From NCBI GenBank assembly GCA_047967505.1, contig CM106538.1: DNA of 64,000 nucleotides; one strand, 5' to 3'. Of the stretch, positions 39,701 through 49,421 are shown one piece after another; positions within the stretch are counted from its first letter, which is position 1; every line of letters starts with the position of its first letter. Under the pieces are notes generated by a model that was not told the origin of the DNA, searched no databases, and worked only from the letters and a program-made list of their open reading frames with translations. Origin of the DNA: Dipteris shenzhenensis. Lineage: Eukaryota. Position numbers and translations under genes: made by a program.

Positions 39701-40907
39701 CCCCAAATGTGGTGTGGTAACCACTGTCATCCAATAAGCCAGTTCTAATCAGATTTTTCTTGATTTGCGGCACATGGCGAACACCATCAAGCATAAATGA
39801 CTGTCCATCAGGAAATACTATCTGTATACTGCCAATCCCTGCAATCTGACATGCATAGTTGTTCCCAAGATGAACAACTCCATGAGTACCTGTGTAGGAA
39901 GTAAACCACTCCCTATGAGGAGTAACATGAAAAGAGGCACCTGAATCCAAGAGCCAGGTGTGCATGTCATGGCCGTCAATAACCAAAGCATGTGCTATTA
40001 CAGCAGAAGAGCATAAAACATCATGTATGTCACTGTCACTGTCCTCTGCTGCAACATTCACTGCATCCAAGTCATCTGCCTTGGCCTTGCCTTTGCCTTT
40101 GCTTGCATTTCCTGCATCCTTTGTTTCAGCCTTCTTGGCTTTCTGATCCCGTATGAACTTGAAGCACTTCGACTTCACATGTCCCTTCTTGCCACAATAA
40201 AAGCATTCAATGTCCTTTTTGCCACGGGACTGACTGCGGGATTTGGACTTACTAGCAGATCTCCCCTTCTGCTGAGTCCTGCCTCTGTCCTGTACCTGCA
40301 AAGCATTTGAAGACTTGCTGCCCGCATTATTCTTCCTGCTCATCTCCTCCATAAGGAGAGAGCTCTCTACATCAGCATAAATAAGAGTGGCATTCGAGTT
40401 TGACATGGTGGTCTTGAAAGTGTCCCAACTCTCGGGGAGGGTACACAGCAAGAAAGTAGCCTTGAACTCCTCATCAAGGTTCAACCCCTGTGCAATCAGC
40501 TGTGTAAAGATAGCATTGAACTCACTCAAGTGTGAGGTCATAGCTGTACCTTCCTTCATGCGAAGATCGACCAGCTTCTTCAGCCAATAAACCTTACTGG
40601 CTGAGCTCTTTTGGGCATACAATTCTTCTAGTCTTTGCCATAGACCATAAGAGGTCTTTTCAGCCTGTACATTGAACACAAGAGTGTCTGAAATAGTGAG
40701 CATGATAGCTGCCCTCGCGGACAAATCAAGCTCTTCCCAGTCATCAGCTGCCATGTCAGATGGCTTGACACCCTTCACCCTTATGGGCTTAGCAATCTTC
40801 TTTAACAGAAGTACATTCAAGCACTGTTCTGCCCATAATGCATAGTTGTGTGCTCCTTCCAGTTTCTTTATGTTCAGAATTGAGGAATCACTTCCCCCTG
40901 ATGCCAT
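36798..40907 (-). CDS. Intact Copia gag-pol polyprotein (1369 aa)
   Basis: Single ORF: CFYCGKKGHVKSKC, WLLDSGAS, LWHSRLGH..C..C, VHTD/SDNGGEY/SERMNRT, YVDD, and RNase H FTDS/EAEY/HCDSQS/PADLLTK. Confidence 0.96.
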   Translation of the reverse strand: MASGGSDSSILNIKKLEGAHNYALWAEQCLNVLLLKKIAKPIRVKGVKPSDMAADDWEELDLSARAAIMLTISDTLVFNVQAEKTSYGLWQRLEELYAQKSSASKVYWLKKLVDLRMKEGTAMTSHLSEFNAIFTQLIAQGLNLDEEFKATFLLCTLPESWDTFKTTMSNSNATLIYADVESSLLMEEMSRKNNAGSKSSNALQVQDRGRTQQKGRSASKSKSRSQSRGKKDIECFYCGKKGHVKSKCFKFIRDQKAKKAETKDAGNASKGKGKAKADDLDAVNVAAEDSDSDIHDVLCSSAVIAHALVIDGHDMHTWLLDSGASFHVTPHREWFTSYTGTHGVVHLGNNYACQIAGIGSIQIVFPDGQSFMLDGVRHVPQIKKNLIRTGLLDDSGYHTTFGDSKWVITDGQTVVAEGFKSDTLYPLYVSSVGNHVVAITELPKVSLWHSRLGHMSVKGMQELSRLGYLPPLSFSDLPTCDHCIFGKHSVTPHKRRTPQNRAPLDLVHTDLCEMPQLSLGGAKYFITFIDDATRKVWVYFLKHKGDALDAFKKFVAQVENRTGRRLKCLRSDNGGEYVSHAFVQFCQAKGIKQELTAPHNASQNGASERMNRTIQEKVRCMLSYAALPHGFWAEAVQTAVHIINRSPNKALELKVPEEVWSGKPPSYKHLRVFGCECFAHVRKELCTKLDPKSIRCIFMGYGDEGEMGYRLWDPVKRKIIRSNDVIFKEDSVHKEPVQPVEYRRVIYDDVGQQRMPIYMQQQAAADHPVQEGIQAGNQPDNFANDVPLDIPTDGAIEQPDMVVQPPVMHEEQAGQQPNPEHFVRRSTRAQRPPARFVPGANNVADFIMLTDCGEPSSFKEAMGRTEKKKWEKAMQSEMDSLLQNDTWDLVQLPAGRKVLPCKWVYKVKVDSNALPRYKARFVAKGFKQEKGIDFDEIFSPVVKMTTLRAVLALVAHDDMDLCQMDVKTAFLHGDLHDEIYMSQPEGYAVKGKEQLVCKLKRSLYGLKQAPREWYKKFDAFMQSQGYHRCETDHCLYTKRAKDGSLMILILYVDDMLIASKSQHEISALKKQLHKSFDMKDLGDANHILGMRITRDRSKGLLFLSQKEYIDKVLQRFKMEGGKSISTPLPPHLKLSSKDNPRSDDDKAEMAKVLYASAVGSLMYAMVATHPDIAFAVAVISRYMANPGKRHWEAVKGVLRYLKGTKDLCICYGRQDALVHGFTDSNYAGNADNRKSTTGYIFTFAGGAISWVSRLQKCVALSTTEAEYVAATEACKEAIWLTRLVGDLGITGDMPVLHCDSQSAIMLAKNPVFHQKTKHIEVKYHFIREVLEDKRLELVKVHTDDNPADLLTKSLPTERFAHCRHIMGLG

Positions 40908-41409
40908 ATCAGATGAGGAAAGTACCTGACTCCCTGGAAGTAAAAAAGACTGAATAAAAAAAAATTCTGATTTCTCAGAAAAAAAAACCTGCCCTATTCA
41001 AGAGCCAGAAGCACTCTCAATGGTGCTGTTTTTACTGTCAGTAAAATCTGCAGCAAAACAGTAAATGACCCTGCAAGTACTGTACCTTCTGACACACTGT
41101 TCTGAGCTCAAAGAGGCATAAAAACAGTAATTTCAGACTGCTGCAGCTGCTCAACAAGTGCTTAACAGTGCATAATCATCTGACAAAACCACCAACACTG
41201 CTGTAAACAATGCTGTACTGACTGTACCGATCACTTCTCCCACCTCAGATGAGGGATGGCACTGAGTTAAATTGCAGAAACCACTTGACAAACACCCAAA
41301 AAAAAACAGTAAATGACCCTTCAGCCTGTCACAAAACCTGCAACAGTAAATGGGATAAATCCCAAGCAATCACCCTTATACCAAGGGGAGAAAATGCATC
41401 TGAAGATCT

Positions 41410-42711
41410 CTGTCGGTAACCCAAGTGCTATCAAACAAAGTCTGGGCAAAAGCCCCTTGATCTGACACCTGAATCAAGTGGAGAACACCTCAACACTGAG
41501 GTAGCATGCAATATGAAATCTCTCTGACACTTGTACCTGACAATGTGCAATGCATAGACTGCCCCTGTGTACTCAGTAACAACACAAATCACACATGGGA
41601 GGAATTGCAGCTGCTGTGCGTAGAGGAATTGCAGCTGCTGTGCTTCCAACAGCTGTCACTAGTGCCCAATTAGTCATCCATCTGCTCAAAGCAGAGAAAG
41701 AAAGCATACATAAGCTTTCTCCATTGTCTAGGACTGTCATGAGCAATAGTCTCTCACCATATTGACAGCATACATCTTGAGACATCAACTTGATTTCAAT
41801 AAGAGAACTAGCATTGCAACACATCAAACACTATGGCAGTCACACCTGTATCATCCCTCTCAGGGTTCTAGGGATACTTCCCATTCCAAGCATGGATTTC
41901 CCGACCCCTGCCTACTCAGCAATGAGGCTGTACCAAAGATGTGCCGTCGGCCTAGCAACCACTGCCTGCATGTGACCCATCTCTTGGAGAAACCAAAAAC
42001 ATACTCCCACACGGAACATGTTACCAGCCAAAGCCAGGAAATAGGATACACAATGAGTACCAACTCACTCGCATTTAGTGTTCATCCCTCTCTCAGTAGG
42101 CATCAATATCACAAGCACTAGCTCTGCGGGGCTCTACTGTCACACCCATGTGACCATGGGCATGCATACTCAGCGCAAACACCTGCATTTAACCTGGGAG
42201 CTGTTACTTGCAACTTAATCAAGGCAACCTGCTCCTCGGACAATCACAAGTGTCCACTGATTCACTGGAATACCCAAACAATGGGTGAAAGCATAATTGA
42301 ACTGCCCCCCGCGGTGCTCGGAAGCAGGAACAATCTGTGCAAGCATTCATTGTGATCATCCTTCCAAGCAAGTCTCTTCTCTTCAAAAAAACAACCCAAT
42401 GCAAGAATGAGTGCATAGGTGCATCTTCATGAAACCAAAATCTCAACCGATCATTCATGAGCTATTTGCACACCCTCATGCACTCAAAGCCTGTCCTATC
42501 AAGTTGAGATGAACCTCCATTCAGCCACTTAGTAGCAGCCCATATTCAAAGGGCAAGTGGGTGGTTGTCGTACAACCCATAGAACCACGAAGTCAGCACT
42601 TTGTAATCAATGGCCATCAAGCAGCCCGTGCCTTCCGTACACCCCGTACTATGCCACTACGTTTAGCTCTCTTGCTCTCACACTCTCTTTTCTAATATTT
42701 GGTATCAGAGC
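41410..42711 (+). mobile_element. Highly decayed + strand Copia derivative ending in PPT, short LTR and PBS
   Basis: Degenerate GAG-pre-integrase (TLWQSHLYHPS in ORF 41762-42121) and an HCD-like RNase H remnant near 42345. PPT AAGTGGGTGGT then TGTCG at 42566. Perfect PBS TGGTATCAGAGC at 42700-42711. Confidence 0.5.
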
Positions 42712-45025
42712 AAGATTCTGCTCTTTGCTTCCTAGCCCGCAAGCTCCCGGCTACGTAATGAGTCAGGTATCTCACTGGAGTCCCAAACGACGTGTAGGAC
42801 TGAGGTGATGTGATCCCCGATCATATCCCAAAAGGTCAAGAAAAAGGAGGGTGTAAGACCATCTGAACCTGGGCATTTACCCTTATGAAGGGCAAGAAGA
42901 GCAATCCTGAATTCTAGGTTGGTAAAAGGTGCGTCAAGAGAGACTCTATGTGGACTCACCAACCTAGGGATATGACCTGCCTAGCATCATTTGCAGCCAC
43001 ACTATGAGGATCTGCTGAAAGAAGGAAGGCATGCAAATCTGTAGCTATGCGCATGACGGCATCTGGATTTGACTGCAAAACTCCATCAATAAGCTGAGAG
43101 ACACTCTCTCTACTATGTTTGGGGCCATGAGTAGAGAAGAACTGGTTATTGACTCTACCTCCCATCTGTATCGAGAAGAACTCTCATGCATGAAAGACAA
43201 ACTCTGCTCTCTAATCCAACAAAATATGCTGATGAGCCCTTGCTACAGCAAGGTGCTCCTGAATCCAAGCATCAAGTGGCCTCTTCTACTCTTCCCTCTG
43301 CAAAGCTGCCAACTATTGGCAAATACCAACCTCTTGCCTATGAATCTCACGTCTCTTGGTACTAGCAACTAGATGAATAAAGTCGCTAATATCAGAGAGG
43401 GCTGTTGCCATATGTGTAGGGTAGGGCCCTCCACCTTGTGCACGAGAAACCTAGATCTGCAAAGCTGCCTCTGAGAGGTCCTCCTCTGCATAAAGGGTAT
43501 CACAAATCCTAATGTTGGTAGACCGTCCTCTCAAATGCGGCTCGGAAACCATTAGAACTACCGGAAAGTGATCCAAAGTGGAAACCCTAGGGGCAATGCA
43601 AACTGATCCTCCTCTATCCAAGGCCCAATCATCAACATAAAATCGATCAATCCGTGCATGGATAGGCATCTATGGCCTCTTGTTCGACCAAGAAAATAGG
43701 AGTGACTGTGACTGAGTGTGAAAAGCATTGTCAAGTCAAACATCTCCACCACTGAAACTGAAGAGGAAGGCATCCCACACTGCCCTCTCCAAAGAATGGA
43801 TGCCGCCCTCTCTACCCCCTTTTTAATCTGAAGGTAACTCTACCATGTTGAAGTCCCCTCCTATGACCCATGAATTTGCAATGGGGGCCTAGGAGAGTAA
43901 CTCCTTGCAAAATAGTACATGATTCTCTCTGTTATTGGAGGCGTAAAGGTTGAGGAGTCCAACCTTGCGCCCCTCAATCAAAAGAACCCATTGGGCTCTA
44001 GAAGGTAAGATCACACCATGTCCGACAACCAAGGGAGAAAAGAATCCGAAACTGAAATACAATTTCCTCCCCTAGTATCAAAGGCTGGTGACTAAAAGGT
44101 GTGACCTGAAAGTAGCTTGCCTGACTTTGTACAATCACTAGCGTCCAGTTTGTGCTCCTGCAAGAGTAAAACATCAATAGAGCCACCAGTAACTCCTGGA
44201 TGCAACTGATTGCGATTCAATTGTTAGCGGCGGCGATGAGGGACGCGACCAAGGCCTGTATGTTCAAGCTAACAATCCTCATCGGTGAAAGGATGTAGAA
44301 TGGAACATCTTACTTGACCTAGTGGCGGAAACAAACCCTTCAACAGTGGAAGACCTCCTGCTCTCAAAGACCAAGGGATGGAACCAAGTGGCGAAAATTC
44401 AACAGGAGAAAACATCCTACCACCTCCCTATCAACAGGAATCTCGATCATTGCCTCACCAAAGGTAGAGGGCACAAAGTCGTCCTCGGGGAAATTTGCCA
44501 GGGCTGAAAAGGAGTTCTTGTGAATCAAGCCCGACACAAGGGTGCGGAGGATCCCTTCAGAGGAAGTGGATCAACGTACCCAACCCCCTTTCCTCTATCC
44601 AAGAGGGGATGAAACTTCACTCAACTTTGACTATATAAAAACAGCGTCACCGAATCGATTCTTTCTTGCTGGCTGAGCAAACAGTTGCTGAGAAAATCTC
44701 TCTCTCTTGAAAGGGCCATATTCCATCCAAGGCTATACTTGGATGGAGCTTGATGCTCTCACCTCCAATTTTCCACACTTGATTGATGATGTGGGAATCC
44801 TCAAACTTTAAAAGGGAGGTAATGATGTAGATTCATCATTGGGATCATGATGTCATGTCATTTATAGTTGCAATAAGGCAAGATTACCATTCTTGTATTC
44901 AACTTTACCCTTTAGGTTACTATGTATTTGAGCTTATATATTGTGATAGGGTCTTTGAATAAGTAATTAGCTCTCTCTCTCTCACACACACACACACTTT
45001 TTTTTCAGTAAACACACACACACAC

Positions 45026-45280
45026 TTTTTTTTTTTTTGTAAAACCAAGATACTTATATTATGATACATTCATTTACATCTGGGCAGAGCTCAAAAGAGA
45101 GCCAAAGCCCTATCCATCAAAAGCAGTAAAAGAAAAGCTGAATACAAGAAAGATCTAAATCTTCCTCAGGTAAGGCATCATATAAAGACTGCCGCAATGA
45201 GGCTCGGAAGAACTCATATGGCTGCTGAAGTGGAGAATTCAGATATGCTTGATTGCGCTGTAACCAGAGGGTCCATAAAG

Positions 45281-45283
<3 letters not shown>
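45026..45283 (-). mobile_element. About 255-bp 3' end of an L1/Tx1-like LINE in (CA)n
   Basis: WALWTLWLQRNQAYLN...FFRASLRQSLYDAL...stop, then a hairpin and an A13 tail. Confidence 0.75.
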
Positions 45284-45340
<57 letters not shown>

Positions 45341-45341
<1 letters not shown>

Positions 45342-45592
45342 TTTTTTTAGTGAAAAATTTTGATTGATTATATTACAAGAGTAGCGACCTCAAAACGAGG
45401 CAGCCCAAATTACATCAGCTGAAAATCTCAGTGTATGCTAGATATACATCATGATCTATGCTGCGCGTCTGCAAGCAATCAAAGAAAGATTGTTGCAGAG
45501 AACGCTTAAAAAAAGCAAACAAGGAAAATGCAGGATCACCAAAGACTTTACAGTTCCTGTCCGTCCATAAAGTCTAGAGTGCCCAATAGCGA
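45341..45592 (-). mobile_element. About 250-bp 3' end of a related, divergent L1/Tx1-like LINE in (CA)n
   Basis: YWAL*TLWTDRNCKVFG...FFKRSLQQSFFDCL...stop, then a hairpin and an A8 tail. Confidence 0.72.
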
Positions 45593-45640
45593 ACACACAC
45601 ATACACACACACACAGAGCACTAGGACCCATGACAACTTG

Positions 45641-46443
45641 TTGGGCTGGACCCCCCGAAGTTTTTTATTCATTCAATGAAAACTGAGTACAAAGTTCAGC
45701 TCATGGGCTGCTTGCTTGAAAAACATACGTGAATCTTTTTTTAATACAAAGAGCTCACAAGCTCAAACTCTCTTGGCAACATGCCACATGTCTAAAATCT
45801 GAACTATATCTAATTACATGCCTCAAAGGGCAAAAACTCTAGGGTCTTTATAGCCCTCGGTCACATGGACATCTCGTGGCTACCCACTGAGCTCCATATC
45901 GCTTGGGCAATCAACCCCTCTTAGAACTGCAACCATTAATTAAAGCGCACATAGCCATGGCACCCATTAATCGTTAGTGCTTTTGCATGCAAATAAATTC
46001 TAGACTAATCCTAGTCTCTGTGGGCGTCCCCACCAAGCAAACATGTGCACATAAAATAACTAACTCTATGGTTGATCGAAGCCAACCCTTATAGTCGTAA
46101 TTAAGGACTTTGACGAGGGGTCAAGGCGTCTTAATTAATGCCAGAACTCTTTGACCAGAGTCGATAATGATCTAGGTTGATTGGAGTCAGCCTGCTTTGG
46201 CTGAAGCCAAGTCTTGTTGATCGAAGTCAGAGGTTCTTTGGTTAACCGCAGTTAACCCTCTTGGCATACGCCAAGTGTCCCTAACCGTGGTTAAGTATAC
46301 TTAACCAAGGTTAACTATCTTTGACCGAAGTCAATACTTTGACAAAAAAGAAATAAATTTTGAACATAATTAAATAAATGAGAGACTCTTTAATTATGAT
46401 CAAATAAATGGTCAATTAAAACTTTGACTTTGGAGTATTTACA
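45641..46443 (-). mobile_element. Solo LTR (about 803 bp) in L1 ORF1, carrying a palindrome array in U3
   Basis: Minus-strand start TGTAAATACTCC at 46443, TATAAA near 45850, AATAAA near 45665. Flanked by ACTTG direct repeats, and the host ORF1 frame rejoins across it. The left terminus reads TT rather than TG. Confidence 0.65.
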
Positions 46444-49421
46444 ACTTGGTGACAGGGGAGTTGAAGATTGCTTTAGAGAACCTTGTGTCTGAAAACCCTC
46501 CAACCAGAGAATGTGCAAAGTCAGGGAGAGGGGCTACCACTAGGATAGGGAGAGGGGCAACCATTGGGTTTGGGGGAGAAGCTGCACGGGGGCTGCAACT
46601 AGAGTTGAAGCATCCTAGACTGCGTGAGGTGCGACACTGGGAACAACCAGAACGGGAGACTCCAAAGCTCCTATGGATGTGTAGTCGAGGACGACGGCCT
46701 CGTGAACTGATAGGGGTGAAGGTTGCGTATGAACCAAAACCCAACGAAGTTCTACAGTTTCCACTGGGGGACGTGAGGCACCAGAGGCAGGAGGCGGTGG
46801 TACCGAAGGGGCACTCTGTCGAGGAGGAGCGTTTGTCGTGGAGGAGCAATATCACCACCCTGCCGAGGTCGGGGAGCAGGCACAGGTTCTGTCCCACCCT
46901 CGAAGGGGAGCTGCTTTACTAGAAGGCTTTTTGGGTCTTTTCTTCTTCTTGGGGCAATCCCTGGCGAAATGCCTAAGGGTCCTGCAGATCCTGCAGTAGT
47001 CCTGTCTGCCTGCAACCTCTACTCTTTGTCAAAAGAAAGATCTATCCGGGCACTAAAGCAAGATATGATCATCCGAAATGTTAGGGACCGTAAGGATCCT
47101 AACTCTAGGGACCCCGTCAGACCTGGTTGCCTCTGCAGCTGTCAAGGGCAACCCAGGGAGGGGGGGGATCTCAATGATTGTACCGAAGTGCTCCCCAATC
47201 ACATAAAGAAGGTGATGGTAGACTTGGGGGAGCCCAGGAAACCTGATGAAGACGAAAACGCCTCCTTATCCTCCTCCACAGGGTCGAGGCCTAGAGAGAA
47301 GGCACCAAAGAAAATCTTCCTCTGTCCCAGGAATAGAAAATGGGCTTGAAGCACGGAGCTCAGAGCCTCTGGAGAGTCAAAAACAACCTGGAAAAAACCT
47401 TGTCCCAAAAGGCGAACATCTTTAAATTGAGGGGTGAGGACTGGGGGAAGCGCCGCAAGCATCGAGTCTCTAGCTTGTGACCTGGAAGGGTGAGACCCAT
47501 GTGCGTGCGATCAAAGTGGTTGAGCATTTAAGCTCTACATCCTTCTTGAGCTTCTGCAACTCGTCTTTTGAAAATGTGATGGTTTTTGCGGCCAGTGGAG
47601 GCGGAGTAGGATTGGCTGAGGGAGGATCCATCGCCGATTGAGGTGAGAAGGACGACTTGTTCGTTTTGGGAAAGCTGCGGGAAAGGGAGGGGCTGAGTGG
47701 GAGAGGAGAGGGCTGAGCCGCAAAGAGGGAGAAGGAGCAGCTTGGAGTGGGGAGCAGCAGCAGCGTGTTCTTCTTCGTGTTCTTCTTATGCAAGACAGCT
47801 TCCATTGTCTTGCATAGAAAAAAAAATGTTTGGTGGTGAAGTTTGCTGTCAGTATTGTTGAAGATGATGACCTTGGTTTTATCAAGGTTTAGGATTATGT
47901 TGTGGCTGTCACAAAAGGCCTAATGGCCTTCTAGTGCCTCCAAATGCCTTTGTAATGTGTCTGATGTCTATGCCATTGTAGACCCACAGTAATAATTAAG
48001 GAAGCTAACTCGTCAAGATAGCGCCCAAATGTAGTGGGAGATATTGGACAGTTCTTGTTTTGCCCTGATGGGACTAACGATCTCCACCAACGTCCTCTTA
48101 TGTGAAGCCAAGACAACCCTAGTCTTAGAGCTGTGACATAAGTCAAGCTTTTGGTGCTGAATTAAATGTCTTTTGAAAGTCTTGATGGTTGAAGGAAATG
48201 ATTATTGATGGATGGAGTGCATAAGAAGCCAGGCTTCTTTTAGAGTCTGGTAGGTCACCTCCCATCTGTGAGCCCTCAAATGAGGAGAGCATGGGCGTAG
48301 GTGCACCAAGAAGGTCTCAGAGAAGCCAGAGGGGCCAAAATTGAGAGGGTTTGCAGGGCTGCAACACGGGCAGCAAAGGGAACATAACCAGTCTGCCTTG
48401 AAGGGCTGGACAAGCTCTGCCTAATGGGCAAGAAGGGTCCAGACCTAGGATAACACATGTGACCTAGATCAGCAGCACGATCTGCTCAGAGAATGGCAGG
48501 GAAGTACCTGCACTGGAGGCTGCGACAAGCAGTACAAGATTGCACAGCACCCAGGTACCCTTTGGAGCACTGCAGGAGAAGATCAAGGCACACAAAGGGA
48601 AGCAGAGCCTGACAAAGGTGCTTGGAGCAAGAGTGCTGTGCAGCAGTTAGGCATCAAGATTGGAGCTGTGCAAAGGTGTCCCGAACATGACTGCAAGCAG
48701 CAGATGGCTGCACAGCAGTCAGCACAAAGGGTGCAGCCTTATGGGAGCTCCAGGAGCAGGTTGGGGCAGCATGTCATGTGCATGGATTGGTATCCGACAT
48801 GTACTAGGTACACAAGACTAGCTTAGGTAGCCTGGGGAGGCTTAGAGTTAGGCAGGCTTGATTCTTGGGTTGAGTGGCAAGGGTACGAACCAGTTAGAGG
48901 TCTTCGCTACTTTTGGTGCTTGGGGCCCGAGTTTATAAAAGGGGCCCTGTTAACTACCTTCTCTGTTTCCTACTGCAGATCACAGGAGTAGCACCGATAT
49001 TATTCCACCCAGCCTTTCTTGCTGAAATGTGAGAGCTAGCTGAGAATCAGAAATTCCAAAAATCACGTAAAAAGCACCATCTCCTTCTCTCACTAGCTCC
49101 AGCAAGCCCCAATCTCCCTAGATGGATCTAGATGCCACATGTCATCATTATAGGGCCTTACTAATGCAACATTTCACCCCTCTCTTGGGATGCTTTAATT
49201 TCCTTTGCCCCTAGGCACATTTCATGCATTAGGCCCTTAGCCTTAGATCCACCTAGTCTGGTGCTATCAACCCTCACCTAGGACCTTGACATTAATTCCC
49301 TCCCGATCATTTACATAAAGCACAAACAAATATATTACAACCATAGATCCTTTAAGGGAAATGTCGACTGATTCTTCCGAGGTCATGCTACCTCGGCTAG
49401 AGCGTAACATTCCTTCCCTCT

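Larger units (their letters stand above)
29610..41400 (-). mobile_element. Copia-2: Tork/Tnt1-like Copia; 3' LTR split by Gypsy-B; 5' LTR and PBS missing
   Basis: 3' LTR TGTTG (29610) to CAACA (36696), about 737 bp after removing Gypsy-B. PPT AGGTGGGAGGT at 36707-36697. Leader continues to about 41400 with no PBS. Confidence 0.85.
44971..45615. repeat. (CT)n(CA)n microsatellite split into four (CA)n tracts by poly(A)-tailed insertions
   Basis: (CA)n tracts at 44983-44997, 45012-45025, 45283-45340 and 45593-45615; the first three are each followed by a T-run. Confidence 0.9.
42750..47810 (-). mobile_element. Decayed L1/Tx1-like LINE, 5' half (ORF1 plus APE endonuclease), with nested insertions
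   Basis: ORF1 from ATG 47631 with DUF4283-like LLGQGFFQVVFDSPEALSSVL. ORF2 from ATG 44282: MRIVSLNIQ, LLLQEHK, WVIGGDFN, ARIDRFY, DHFPV, KCPGSDGLTPSFF. Truncated near 42750. Confidence 0.82.

Noticed and set aside
46150-46345. CRISPR-like repeat-spacer array
   Set aside because: Period is only 20 bp, repeats are not identical, spacers are about 6 bp, there are no cas genes, and the context is a eukaryotic LTR.
45633-46448. 8-bp direct repeat ACAACTTG suggesting a hAT element; T-runs at 45661 and 45735 as extra LINE tails
   Set aside because: No TIRs. The TGTAA start, TATA and AATAAA fit a solo LTR with a 5-bp TSD better, and the T-runs fall in its R/U5 region.
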